Part shown: positions 30,955 to 42,436 of the stretch, one piece after another | Layout of the letters: each line of letters begins with the position of its first letter | How positions within the stretch are numbered: the first letter of the stretch is position 1 | The notes under the pieces: model-generated | Database searches by the model: none | What the model was told of the DNA's origin: nothing | Seen by the model: only the letters and a program-made list of their open reading frames with translations | Position numbers and translations under genes: made by a program | Assembly: GCA_963754875.1 (NCBI GenBank) | Contig: CAVWHO010000016.1 | Coordinates: 96,001-160,000 of the forward strand | Reading direction: 5' to 3' | Origin: Nitrospirota bacterium | GTDB lineage: Bacteria > Nitrospirota > UBA9217 | Length of the DNA stretch: 64,000 nt

Positions 30955-32303
30955 AAAAACTATTTGGAACCGATGGGGTCCGGGGAGTGGCGAACAAGGA
31001 TCCCATGACTTCGGAGATGGCGCTCCGCATCGGCAGGGCCGCGGCCCATGTGTTCCGCGATTCTGCACGCAGGCACCGCATCGTTATCGGCAAAGACACG
31101 AGATTGTCGGGCTATATGATCGAAAGCGCACTGACATCGGGCCTCTGCTCCATGGGTATGGACGTGCTGCTCATCGGGCCGGTGCCCACGCCGGGGATTG
31201 CATTCCTGACCAGGAGTCTGCGGGCCGACGCAGGTGTCGTTATTTCTGCGTCGCATAACCCCTACGAAGACAACGGGATCAAATTCTTCGGCAGGGACGG
31301 ATTCAAGCTTCCTGATGAGACGGAAGAAAAGATGGAGGAACTGATCTATTCCGGCGAGATCGACGCCATCCGGCCCACGGCCGCAGAAATCGGCAAGGCG
31401 AACCGCATCGACGATGCAATCGGCAGATACAATGAGTTTGTGAAATCATCGATTCCCCGCGGCATGGACCTCTCGGGACTGCGCATTGTCGTCGATTCGG
31501 CAAACGGCGCGGCATACAAGATAGGCCCGCGCATCCTCATGGAACTGGGAGCAGACGTTATTTCCCTGTACGACCAGCCAACCGGCATGAACATCAACCA
31601 GGGTTGCGGCTCGCTCTATCCCGAAGTCATCTCACGGGCCGTCGTGGCCAACCAGGCACAGGTCGGGATCGCTTTTGACGGGGACGCGGACCGGATCATT
31701 TTCTGCGACGAACGCGGCACGGTGGTGGACGGCGACACAGTCATGGCGATCTGCGCACTCAGGATGATGAAGGAAGGCAGGCTCAAGCAGAACACGCTTG
31801 TTGCCACGGTCATGAGCAATCTCGGTCTTGAACTCGCAATGCAGCACGCGGGCGGCAAGCTGGTTGCGAGCTGCAGTCGGCGACCGGTATGTCATGGAGA
31901 AAATGCTGTCGGGCGGCTTCAATCTCGGAGGCGAGCAGTCGGGCCACATCATCTTCCTGGACCACAATACTACGGGCGATGGCCTCATTTCCGCGCTCCA
32001 GGTCCTTACGATCATGAAGCAGTCGAACAAACCCTTGTCCGAGCTGGCGACGTGCATGAAGACCTATCCCCAGATCCTTGTGAACGTGAAAGGTAAAACA
32101 ACGGCAGCGACCTCTTATCGATTCCCGAAATTTCGAAGCACATGGCCGAGATCGAGAAGAAGCTTGACGACACCGGACGTCTGCTCGTGCGGTACTCCGG
32201 TACGGAACCCAAGGTCCGCGTCATGATCGAAGGAGAAAATCAGCAGGAGATCAAGGTGCTTGCCGAGGACCTGGCCGGGCTTATCAAGGAAAAGCTCGGC
32301 TGA
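30951..32303 (+). CDS. glmM: Phosphoglucosamine mutase (apparent frameshifts near 31865 and 32090-32108)
   Basis: [23 protein letters not shown]; continues VGDRYV, GGEQSGH, TGDG in the +1 frame; then [15 protein letters not shown] to TGA 32301-32303. Confidence 0.93.
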
Positions 32304-32372
32304 GAATCGGATCCAGGCTTAAAATGTAGATACCGTTTCGCGCGTCTCGTTGATAATGCGGATAGGGAATAG

Positions 32373-34949
32373 ATGGGATACGTGTCATTCAGTACTCGCA
32401 GGTTTCTACTCTCTCTATGCACAAACCCGTCATCACTATCGCGCTCGCTTACCTCGCAGGCCTTCTGCTCGGGCACGGGTTTCTGTACTTCCCTCTTTCC
32501 CATCAGCATCATTTTTGTTCTCAGCCTGCTGGCATTAGGCATTGCCACCTGGTCTCGTAAATGCACTCTCCGCCAGTATCTGATCCTCACCATCCCGGGT
32601 GTCATCGGCATGGCAGCATATATCTATGCCGCAGCCTGGCTTCCTTCGGACCACTATACCCGGGTTTTCCAGCCTGACAGGAATGTCGCGGCTCATTACG
32701 GGCATGGTCGCTTCGCCGCTCGATCGTAACCCGGGCCGAACTGCATTCGATTTGAGCCTGCTCGATATTGACGGAACCCGCGTCAGCGGCAGGGTCCGCG
32801 TGAACGTACGCGAGGAACTGACGGCCTTGGGCTACGGCGACCGCATCCGCGTCTCCGGCATGCTGTCCGAACCGAGAGGGTCCAATAACCTGGGCGGCTT
32901 TGATTACCCTGCATACCTGGCCCAGAACGGCATCTATTTCACGGTGAATGTAAAGAACGCCGAGAAAATCGACATCCTCAGCCGCGGCACGGGCATTTTC
33001 AGGACGATCCAGGACTGGCGCGAGCGAATCCGCCAGGCGTTCCTCGCGTCAACGACCGGTCAAGGCTCTGCCATCATCCAGGCCATGGTGCTGGGAGAAG
33101 AGGGCGGGCTGACGGACGAAGTGCGCGACCGGTTCATGGCAGCGGGGGTCACGCACATCATCTCCATCTCCGGGTCTCACCTCGGCATGGTGGCGGTCCT
33201 TTGCTTCGGCCTGATCAGGGGCCTGCTGTTCCTGATGCCGGAACGGCTTCTACCACCGTTTGACCCTCTTCACCGACCCGAAAAAAATTGCCGCATGGCT
33301 TACCTTGCCGCTCGTGATTTTTTACACGCTCCTCGCAGGCGGACAGGTCGCCACGGTCCGCTCGCTCGTCATGATAGCGGCCGGGCTGGCCGCGCTCATC
33401 CTGGACCGCGAACATGCGCTCATGCAGTCCCTCGCGCTTGCGGCCCTCCTCATCCTGGGAACAAACCCGCAGGCCATCTTCGACATCTCCTTCCAGCTTT
33501 CCTTTCTCTCGGTTTTCGTCATCGGCGCCGCTGTTGACCTCTGGAATGAACTGCAGATCGAGGCGAAGACTACGCCTGCAAAAAATCAGGAATACACTGG
33601 TTCTTCTCATCATCATTTCTCTGTCCACCAGCCTTGCGACAGGGCCGCTCGTGGCTCATTATTTCAACCAGATCTCGTTCGCCGGTCTCCTATCGAATAT
33701 CGTCGTGGTGCCGTTTGCCGGCATGGTCGTCGTGCCGCTGGGACTTTTCTCGGGCATTCTTTCCCTCTTTACCCATCATCTGCCCCTCGCCGGTCTTAAC
33801 CAAACCGTGGCCGACGTCTTTATCGCCGTCGTTGCCTTTTTCGCGGATTTCCCGTTCGCTGAATTTCATCCTCCTTCGCCCAACATTCTGTGGTTGATGT
33901 TTGCAGCAATCTTTCTTTTCTCTTTGTTTGGAGTAGTCAGAGCGTGGCTGCTTTTCCGGTTCAACCCTTTTGAAAACACGTCCCGGATATCAAGAGGTTC
34001 CCTGCTTGGGATGGCAATCGCAGGCGGTACCCTTCTCTTCCTCTCAGTACATGCCGCCCTGCCGAGCGGAAGAACGGAGGTCGCCTTTCCTGACGTCGGC
34101 CAGGGAGACTGCGCGCTCGTAGAACTGGCGACAGGCAAGAGGGTCCTGATAGATTCCGGCGGCACGCGCGACAACAGATTTGATATGGGGAGACACGTGG
34201 TGGCCCCGTATCTCTGGAATAGGGGTGTGTATAAGCTTGATCTTGTCGTGTTGTCTCATCCCCATCCGGACCATATGAACGGGCTCTTGTTTATTCTGAA
34301 GAAGTTCAGGGTGGGAGAGGTCTGGACCACAGGCCGTGATACAGAATTGCCCGGTTACGCCGAATTGTTACGCATTGCCGTAGAAAAAGGGATCGCCACA
34401 CACATTGTATCGGCTGACGACCCTCCGGTCATGCTCGGCGGAGCGGAACTACGTGTCCTCCATCCGGCCGCAACATTTAAGCCCCGGACGAAAAAAGCGT
34501 ACGATGCCGAGAACAACGATTCCCTGGTCCTGCGCATCGCTGATGATCAGAAAGTATTTTTATTTCCCGGGGACATCGGGGCGCCGGCGGAGAGCTACCT
34601 GGTACAGCATGCGTCCGGGCTTGCATGCGACCTGCTCAAGGTCCCGCACCATGGAAGCAAAAGTTCGAGCACCGAAGGCTTTGTTGCACTCAGCCGGCCG
34701 AAGATCGTTGTGGTGACCGTGGGCAGAGGCAACCTCTATCATCATCCCGCGGATGATGTCCTCGCGCGGTACGAGAGCATAGGGAGCCGGATCTTCCGGA
34801 CGGACAATGACGGCGAAGTCATGATAAGAAATCTCTCAGGCAAGCTCGAGGTAGAATCGTGGAACACGCTGGTTCTGAGAAAAATAGACTTGAGGCGATC
34901 GGGCGTCCTGGAGAGAGCGGGAACGAGGAGAACTGGAGGAGGCTGGTGA
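32373..34949 (+). CDS. comEC: DNA internalization competence protein ComEC/Rec2 (frameshifts near 32682, 33247, 33572)
   Basis: NLGGFDY, HIISISGSHL, SFQLSF, DVGQGD, LSHPHPDHMNG, NNDSLVL, KVPHHGS, RTDNDG, distributed over four consecutive frames. Confidence 0.9.
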
Positions 34950-35859
34950 TCAGGACAGCGGGGACTTGATGGGATAGACCTTCAGAAAATTCAGAAACTC
35001 CTTGGCAGTATGGGTGCAGTAATTGCGCTTCGGCGAAATGATGCTGAAATTTCTATGGAACTTGACGTCCTTAAAGGTCAGTGCCTTGAGGGTGCCGTGC
35101 TTGAGCGCCGGGCGCGCCGCCCAGGCTGACACGATCGAGACGCCCATCCCCTCTTCCACGGCGCTTTTGATCGCTTCGATGCTGCCGAGTACAAGGGCTA
35201 TCTTGAGGTGGTCCAGCTTGATGCCGTGGTCTTCGAGGTGTTTCAGGATGATCTGGCGCGTGCCGGACCCCTCTTCCCGGAGAATGAGCGGTTCCTTGAT
35301 CAGGTCCATGCCCGGGAATGTTGCGGCGATCGGCCCAGGGGTGGGCAGGCGACACGATCACCACCAGTTCATCGGACAATAGTGTGTCGACGGTAAAGCG
35401 CTGTTTGCTCACGTCGCCTTCCACCAGGGCCATGTCGATCTCGCCTGCATTCAGTTTCTCGGTTATGATCTTCGTATTGTTTATGACCAGCGAAATATTG
35501 ACCTGGGGGACCTTTTTCTTGAAGGCGGCAATGATCGACGGGAGAAGATAGTTGCCGATCGTCATGCTGGCGCCGACGGAGAGCGAGCCTTTGATGGCGC
35601 CGGTGATCTCACTGATGTTTTTCTGAGCCTCGGCGTAAAGTGCGAGGATTTCTTTCGCCCGCTTATAGAGGATCTCGCCGGCCGGCGTCAGGTTGATGGT
35701 ATTCCCCGACCGGTCGAACAGCCGCGTCTCATACAGTTCTTCCATGGCTTGCACCTGCAAGCTCACAGCCGGCTGGGTCAGATGAATCAGCTCCGAAGCC
35801 TTGGAAAAGCTTTTGGTGTCTGCGACAGCGCAGAATACTCTCAGTTTATGGTCTTCCAT
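34950..35859 (-). CDS. LysR-family regulator, CysL-like (one frameshift near 35312)
   Basis: SFSKAS..LTQPAVS HTH, GASMTIGNYLLP; continues ILREEGSGTR...IKSAVEEGMGVSIVS in the 34950-35309 frame. Confidence 0.9.
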
Positions 35860-36101
35860 AATTTAACAAGATTGTTCGAACTAGTTATGTACTCCGATGA
35901 TGAGTTGCTATGAGAACAGCCCGGATGTGGCACTTCGTTTATTATTTATAAATCAAACCCCTAGCGAAGTCAAGGAGTTTATAGACGCGAGGCCGTGCGA
36001 GCCAGCGTGTAAAAAAGTGCAACGCTAAATTTAGCTTGACATTTTCCCCTGGATGGTTAAAATGCACAGGTTTTCCTGATATTAATGGAGGTGAAGTTAC
36101 C

Positions 36102-36275
36102 ATGGCAGAAATGAGCAAAACCGCAAAAGCAGCCACCAAGAAGGCTGTTGTCAATCTCAACGTGCCACAGTGCTGCGGCAAACCCATGCAGGCGGCGAAG
36201 ATGATGACGACGACCGGAAAGGTCCGCGGTATGATGTGGTTGTGTGACAAGTGTTGGAAAGAAAAGGCGATTTAG
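36102..36275 (+). CDS. Small Cys-rich protein (CCGKPM...CxxC), putative metal binder
   Basis: GGAGGTG RBS before ATG 36102, upstream TTGACA-16-TAAAAT, downstream terminator. Confidence 0.7.
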   Translation: MAEMSKTAKAATKKAVVNLNVPQCCGKPMQAAKMMTTTGKVRGMMWLCDKCWKEKAI

Positions 36276-36302
36276 ACTAATCGTCGAATTTGAGGTTTAA
36301 TC

Positions 36303-36332
36303 AAGGCGGTGAGCATCTCACCGCCTTTTTTT
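36303..36332 (+). terminator. Intrinsic terminator
   Basis: AAGGCGGTGAG-CAT-CTCACCGCC followed by a T-run. Confidence 0.85.
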
Positions 36333-36725
36333 GCGCTAACTGGTTTCTTCCTGTTTTGAGCTTTGAACCGGCAATACTGCAAGCAGCGCCAGGTCGTGCT
36401 TCAGCACATCTCATGCTTCCATATCTTGATCTTGGCAAAGTCGTGCAACGCTCACTGGTGTGGTGATTCCTCGCCCGTACTTCGGACAATTCATTTCATT
36501 CTCCCTATTTCACGCTTCCGTCTTCGTCCCGGCCTGACCAGTTCAACAGATAAAGTTCTTCAGTCATATCATAAAGATCCGCCTCTTGTGAAGGCAGGAG
36601 TTCCCTGTTGCAAATACGTGCCGTTTGTGATATTTTAGGGTCGTTTCAAAAATGGCGACGAGCACCAGTATCCCGATTCGTGCATCATCAATTCATCCTG
36701 CCCCGAAGGAGCGTTACCGAAACCC

Positions 36726-37352
36726 ATGGCCCTTTTCCCGAAAAAAATAGACTTTTTTGAAATGTTCGACCGCGCCCTTGAAAATCTGACGCGGGCAGCA
36801 GACGTGCTCGTCGACATGTTCAGTAACTTCGAAAGTTTTGAAAAATTCGAAAAAAGGGCAAAATCGATCTACGAATTCGAGCAGGAAGGCGACATGCTCA
36901 CGCATGACATCATGAAGGAACTGAACAAAACGTTTCTCACGCCCATCGACCGCGAGGACATTCACGCATTAGCGTCCCGGATCGACGATGTGCTCGACCT
37001 GATCTGGGCCGCTGTGGACAGGATGGTCGTGTACCGGATCGACAAGCCTACAGCCGAGGTCATTTCCATAGCCGAAGATCTGCAGATGACGGCAGACGTT
37101 CTGAAGAAGTCACTCCGCGAACTCCGTACGAAACAGTACTCCCATGTGCAGGAACACTGCATCGAAGTCAACCGGCTCGAGAACAGGATCGACCGCAAGT
37201 ATCGCGACGCTCTCGGCAAACTACTGAACGACCACAGCGATCCCATCTATATCATCAAATGGAAGGACATCTACCAGCTCTTCGAAGACGCCTCGGACCG
37301 GGCGGAAGACATCGCCAACATCCTCGAAACCATAGTCCTCAAACATGCATGA
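36726..37352 (+). CDS. DUF47 (PhoU-like) phosphate transport regulator
   Basis: EQEGD...TFLTPIDREDI...IDDVLD...LENRID...EDASDRAED; overlaps the pit start. Confidence 0.92.
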   Translation: MALFPKKIDFFEMFDRALENLTRAADVLVDMFSNFESFEKFEKRAKSIYEFEQEGDMLTHDIMKELNKTFLTPIDREDIHALASRIDDVLDLIWAAVDRMVVYRIDKPTAEVISIAEDLQMTADVLKKSLRELRTKQYSHVQEHCIEVNRLENRIDRKYRDALGKLLNDHSDPIYIIKWKDIYQLFEDASDRAEDIANILETIVLKHA

Positions 37353-38334
37353 AATCCTGGTTCTGATCATAGTTCTCGCGGTATTTTTCGATATCGCGAA
37401 TGGATGGCATGACAGTGCAAACGCCATCGCCACCGTCGTATCGACCAAGGTGCTCTCGCCAATGACGGCCGTAGTCATGGCCGCCGGCATGAACATCCTG
37501 GGCGCCTTCCTCTCGACTGCCGTGGCGAAAACCATCGGCTCGGGCATCGTCGACCCCCTGGCGGTCACGGACCTGGTAATCATCTCCGCGCTGCTTTCTG
37601 CCATACTGTGGAACCTCATAACGATCCTCATGGGCCTTCCCGTCAGTTCCTCACACGCACTCTTTGGTGGGCTCGCAGGAGCCGCCATGGCGCACGGCGG
37701 TGCCGGCATCCTGAACGGCGGCGGGATCATCAAGATCCTCACCTCGCTCCTCATCTCTCCAATCTTCGGGCTCGTGTTCGGCTATCTCTTCATGAAGCTG
37801 ATTCTGTATTTGTTCGGGCAGCTCTCTCCCGGCGTGATCAGCAAGTACTTCGGCAGACTCCAGATAGTATCCTCGGCATTCATGGCCTTCGGCCACGGCT
37901 CCAATGACGCACAGAAAGCCATGGGCATCATTACCATGGCCCTTATGAGTGGCGGCGTAATCACGACCCTCGACGTGCCGAAGTGGGTCATCCTGATCTG
38001 TGCCCTGGCCATGGGCTTCGGTACGCTCTTTGGTGGGTGGAAGATCATCAAGACCCTCGGCGTGAAAATGTTGAAACTCGAACCCATTCACGGGTTCGCT
38101 GCGGAAACGTCCTCGACGGCGATAATCATTGCAGCAAGCCATATCGGTATGCCGGTAAGCACCACCCATGTTGTTTCCGCGGCCATCCTCGGCGTCGGCG
38201 CAACAAAACGTCTCTCAGCCGTCCGCTGGGGCATCGCCGGTAAAATCGTCATGGCCTGGGTGCTTACGCTGCCGGCCTGCATCGCCATGGCCTGGGCCAT
38301 TCAGAAACTCCTGTCCTTTTACTACGCAGGGTAG
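37345..38334 (+). CDS. pit: Inorganic phosphate transporter, PiT family
   Basis: NGWHDSANAIAT, GLPVSSSHA, HGSNDAQKAMG, GMPVSTTH. Confidence 0.95.
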   Translation: MHEILVLIIVLAVFFDIANGWHDSANAIATVVSTKVLSPMTAVVMAAGMNILGAFLSTAVAKTIGSGIVDPLAVTDLVIISALLSAILWNLITILMGLPVSSSHALFGGLAGAAMAHGGAGILNGGGIIKILTSLLISPIFGLVFGYLFMKLILYLFGQLSPGVISKYFGRLQIVSSAFMAFGHGSNDAQKAMGIITMALMSGGVITTLDVPKWVILICALAMGFGTLFGGWKIIKTLGVKMLKLEPIHGFAAETSSTAIIIAASHIGMPVSTTHVVSAAILGVGATKRLSAVRWGIAGKIVMAWVLTLPACIAMAWAIQKLLSFYYAG

Positions 38335-38646
38335 CACAAACAGTCCATGCCCTTTTTGCCTCCCTTGCAGAACGGGGTAAATCCTGACGCCTGTTCCGAG
38401 AATCCTTCCGGCCGATCCTCTAAAATCTACCCGTCATTTCCACGAATCGTTCGCCAATGGATTCACCTGTCAGGTAACCGCAAATATCTGCCGATACCAG
38501 CGGAGCCCCCCTCCGGCAGGAGCCGGAGGATTACAAGTCGCGGATTCACTTTATGATATGGTTTTGAATAACAGGCCTATCCTATCCACGGCAGTTGCAT
38601 GATTTTAAAATTGTAGAATACATCCGGAAGTTCTTATCGTCTGCCC

Positions 38647-38747
38647 ATCCCGCGACTTGGCATCCCTCGGTTACCGCCGGGATTGCGTCGTAATCCGCGT
38701 GACGTCGCGTTGTTATAAGGAGCCGGAGGCTTCTGCCGGAAGGCTCC
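38647..38747. ncRNA. Candidate multi-stem structured RNA with a partial inverted copy at 38502-38546
   Basis: CGCGAC/GTCGCG, ATCCC/GGGAT and GGAGCC/GGCTCC stems. Confidence 0.4.
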
Positions 38748-39112
38748 ACTAGAATTCTTATCACCATTGTTGACAACATTTCGGAGCAAGCATAAAGTAG
38801 TTACAAAATATTGCAATAACGCACGTTAAACTCAATAAGTCAGAGTGAGGCTTGCGGGTTGCAGTTTCATCACCAGACAGGGTCTCGCGTTTTTAGGCTC
38901 ATAGCCGTCGTGATATAATAAGACCATCCCCTCTGTTGGCAATAGTTTTCAGAATGAGTATTCTAAGAAGCAATCGATACACTTTCCTTCAGGGGAAGCT
39001 GGAATTGACGGGTAGGTTTTTACTCGTACGACAAAGCCTATCACTATCTTATCCTCTCCTTGAAGAGGAGGAAACTGCTTTAAATTTTTTGGTCATCATT
39101 GAGGAGGCTTCT

Positions 39113-39535
39113 ATGCTAAGCAAGTTACTCATTGCATTTGACGGTTCCGAGCAGTCCTACAGGGCTTTTGACTTCGCCCTGAACATGTACCGGATCTGCG
39201 GCGCGTCTCCAGAGATTACCGTTCTCTCCGTGGCGCAGCCGCCCGAGCCTGAGGGCATGGTCAAGATGGGCTCCTTCTTTGAAAGTGCTAGCAAGCTCTA
39301 TGAGCATCTATTCAAGGGGCTTCGAGATAAAGCGAGCAAAGAAAACCTTGAAATACAAACTGAAGTCATCGTCGGCCATCCGGCGCATGAGATCATAAAA
39401 TACGCAACAGAGAGGAAAATCGACATAATCATTGTGGGTCAGCGAGGCAGGTCTAAAGTCGAGAAATGGCTGCTGGGTTCCGTGTCGAAGAGGATATCGA
39501 CGCATGCCCCGTGCACGGTTGCGATTGTGAAATAA
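39113..39535 (+). CDS. Universal stress protein
   Basis: KLLIAFDGSEQS, GHPAHEI, IIVGQRGRS..LLGSVSKRI..HAPCTV; GAGGAGG RBS before ATG 39113. Confidence 0.93.
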   Translation: MLSKLLIAFDGSEQSYRAFDFALNMYRICGASPEITVLSVAQPPEPEGMVKMGSFFESASKLYEHLFKGLRDKASKENLEIQTEVIVGHPAHEIIKYATERKIDIIIVGQRGRSKVEKWLLGSVSKRISTHAPCTVAIVK

Positions 39536-40266
39536 TTATTCAATTGAGCTCGCCATCGGATAAAAAATAAAAGTTCACTCGTAGTAGCTTTCCAATGGGT
39601 GCGCATTTTATTTTTCCGAAAATGCTCAGTTTGAGCTGGGGGGACGCCTTTCGCAATTTTCAGAATTATCTACGAGCATGACATCGTCTTTTCGCAGCTA
39701 TTGATCCGGATAATGAGATTAGAGGTCACTTTCATCTCAAACAAGCAGCATCAATGGTTATTTCCTCTCGCATCTTCGATGCTGCCTTAATTGCCCATCC
39801 ACGTGCTGGTTCCGTTATCGTAACAAAGTAGATACTGGCAACATCTATTCTCAGTGGTTGGAGAGGCAGAGCCATTCTTACTATAAAGTGGCGCTAAAAC
39901 GTCTGCTGGATAGTGTTCATGCCAAAAAATACCACTTTTGCCCTATTTACAATATATTCATCATCTGTTATTCATAGCTCATATAATCCAATCGCGTCGC
40001 TCAAGCCTTTTTTGCGAAAAATGGCAACCTCTTTTGTGAGGAGTGCATGAAGAAGGGATAAATAAACTTTCTGCAGAAAGGTGATGAAAATCGTCGGAAC
40101 AAAACTGAAAAAAGTTGAATGCGATCCCCAATATTGCTTTATGATACAGATCCATGACAAAAAAAAATCGTACAGATTACGATGCAGTATGCAAAGACGA
40201 GGTGGAGTTAAGAGGTGCTTTTTTTGAATCCAAGCGCTAGGGGTGTAAGCTCAGGGGCATCTACCA

Positions 40267-40517
40267 TGACGACAAAAATAGCTTTACAAGTATCAATCTA
40301 TTCGCCGCGGCAGTGCGCCACCGACCTGGAAAAGGGCTTGATAATCAACGGAGAGACCGGCAGGATTGAACAGATAGGAGAGAAGAGCGATGCCATTGAA
40401 AAGCGCTTTTACACTGACGACTTATTGAAAAGAGCGGATGAGGTCATCGATGCTGTTACGATTGTTCATCGTCAGACCCATTTGTTGCCTTCCCCTGACC
40501 TGCCAAAGGTTGCTTAA
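40267..40517 (+). pseudogene. Possible Gfo/Idh/MocA oxidoreductase remnant
   Basis: RFYTDDLLKRADEVIDAVTIV..THL resembles the family N-domain; short and degenerate. Confidence 0.3.
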
Positions 40518-40662
40518 ATACATCATTTACCCTCTCCGAAGCACTGCATCATACAAAAAGATGCCGACAAAAAAACGCATGAGGGACCCGGTAAAAAACT
40601 TCGGCCATTAGCTTCGTTTTCGAATTTCAACTGGTTCTGGATCTCCGATTAATCGGTCACAG

Positions 40663-40947
40663 TTGCACACTGGCACTGGGCTGCAGGTGCCCCGAGGAAC
40701 TGTTCGCGCCCATCGACTGCAGGACCGGCGTTTTTCCGTAAGGCCGTGTGGCGCTCGACGTTTCCTGATCGTCGGCAACCGCTTCCTCGTTTACGTGGCT
40801 GGAGTCTTGGGAAAGGTCCGGGAGCTGCTCCCGGTCCTGGTATCAGCGGGAAAGAAGGAGCACGAAGAACCGGGCCTGAACTGGTTCAGGCTCGTAGTCA
40901 TGGTGATGACAAGGAGGAGCGGAAAGCGCTGTAGGATTCCTTTGTAG
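40663..40947 (+). pseudogene. Frameshifted remnant of a hypothetical protein
   Basis: Protein-like segments LGCRCPEELF and IVGNRFLVYV...SAGKKE...GLNWFRLV in different frames; no clear start. Confidence 0.35.
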
Positions 40948-41041
40948 CAAGGGGGAAAGAGCCGAAAACGCCCACCTCCACGTATTCAGCAAAAAGGAGA
41001 ATAATTTTTTATACGTAGGTGGGCGAAGCCTGTCCGAACGG

Positions 41042-41677
41042 TTACCGAGGCTTGATCGTCATTCTTGATATCTTTCTCACGTCCACTCCCCGGTACCTGC
41101 CTGATTTGAGCACCGCGATAAAGTTGGAAGCGGTCACGGTGTCTCCGAACTCCGTATAGCAGGAGCCCACCTCGGAGAACTGGTGAGCGTCGGAACCTCC
41201 CGTATAGGGGAGGTTCCGCATTTCCGCGGCCTCAACGGCCATCTCGTTATAAGTATGCATGTTGCATCCGTTATATCCCTCGAGTGCACAAATATTTCCC
41301 ACGCTCCTCACCAGATCCCCCAGACTATTTACCGTGCGATAGGGATGGGAAGGAATTACTACGCCGCCAGCCGCGTGAACAAGAGGAACAACTTCTTTTA
41401 TTGGCGCGTATTTCATCGACAGTCTGTCCGTGTCCACACCGAAAATCAGGCAGTGGCCTTCATGAGTGGAAAACTCCACTCCGCGGAGGATCAGGATCCG
41501 GTCTCCATAGTTCTCTTTCAGGACCTCGGCATGCTCCGATGCGGCGTACGAGTAGTGCTCGGTGAAAGCAACACCGTGCAGGCCGCGCTCGATGGCGCGA
41601 ATTATTATTTCTTCGGGCTCGGCATCGTTATCACCGCTGTATTTTGAGTGAACATGCAGGTCGATCTTAAATTTCAT
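41042..41677 (-). CDS. PHP-domain metal-dependent phosphoesterase
   Basis: DLHVHS, FTEH, GVEFST..GH, PSHP, GGSDAH. Confidence 0.92.
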   Translation of the reverse strand: MKFKIDLHVHSKYSGDNDAEPEEIIIRAIERGLHGVAFTEHYSYAASEHAEVLKENYGDRILILRGVEFSTHEGHCLIFGVDTDRLSMKYAPIKEVVPLVHAAGGVVIPSHPYRTVNSLGDLVRSVGNICALEGYNGCNMHTYNEMAVEAAEMRNLPYTGGSDAHQFSEVGSCYTEFGDTVTASNFIAVLKSGRYRGVDVRKISRMTIKPR

Positions 41678-41749
41678 AATCCTGATAATAACAGATGAAC
41701 TCGTACAGTAAAACTTGCAAATCCGTATTTTATCTGCGTGTATCCGCGG

Positions 41750-42436
41750 TTAATCATCCTTCTTTCCTTCCTTGCAGTTTCCGCCGCAGGCACAGGCAAA
41801 TGAACCTCCCCTCGCCTTCTCGAGGGCTTCTTTCCCTTCCCGGTAGCACAGGCCGCCGATGAGCAGCGCGCCGACAGAGTCGATTCCTCCGATGCCGGTG
41901 AGCTTATATCCAGTGCTGGCAATCAACAACACGACCGAAAGCTGCAGACATGCCCGCGTACACGCAGCATCGGCAAGGATCGCCTCGGAATTCAACTGTT
42001 TGCCAACACGCACCTTTGCCCGGATGAGCAGCCACATGGAGAAGAGAGAGAGGAGCGATATCACGATCCCCCAGAAAGTGCTCTCCGGCTTATGGCCGCG
42101 ATAGAGGTCCACGAGCGCCGTGCCTGCCAGTCCTAAGGTGAGGACGTAAAAGGCGCTGCCGGTGATTCTAAGCGCACTCTGCTCGAATTGGTCGGGACGT
42201 TCTCCGTCGTTTTGCCTGATCCTGCGGACCATGTGCCAGATGCCAATGCCTGAAACCACTTCCACGAAAGAATCAAGGCCAAACCCGAAAAGCGACATGC
42301 TTCCGTCCTCAAAACCAAATGCTACCGAGACCATTCCTTCGACGATATTGTAGAAGATTGTCACCAGCGCCAGGGCCGACGCCGCTGCATAGATTTTTTT
42401 GTTCTTCTGTACGAACTTGACGGATATCTCGGCCAT
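41750..42436 (-). CDS. Cation efflux (CDF-like) transporter, transmembrane domain only
   Basis: YNIVEG...SLFGFGLDSFVE...AILADA..T..C; C-terminal CACGGNC. Confidence 0.85.
   Translation of the reverse strand: MAEISVKFVQKNKKIYAAASALALVTIFYNIVEGMVSVAFGFEDGSMSLFGFGLDSFVEVVSGIGIWHMVRRIRQNDGERPDQFEQSALRITGSAFYVLTLGLAGTALVDLYRGHKPESTFWGIVISLLSLFSMWLLIRAKVRVGKQLNSEAILADAACTRACLQLSVVLLIASTGYKLTGIGGIDSVGALLIGGLCYREGKEALEKARGGSFACACGGNCKEGKKDD

Noticed and set aside
30951..35859. glmM, comEC and lysR as pseudogenes or programmed frameshifts
   Set aside because: Uniform small insertions without slippery-site signatures and intact motifs point to consensus error.
36340..36500. Minus-strand MNCPK... mini-ORF with TGAs
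   Set aside because: Requires a frameshift plus two readthroughs and matches no family I recognise.
38370..38440. GGGGTAAATC as a c-di-AMP (ydaO) riboswitch
   Set aside because: The other conserved segments of the aptamer are missing.
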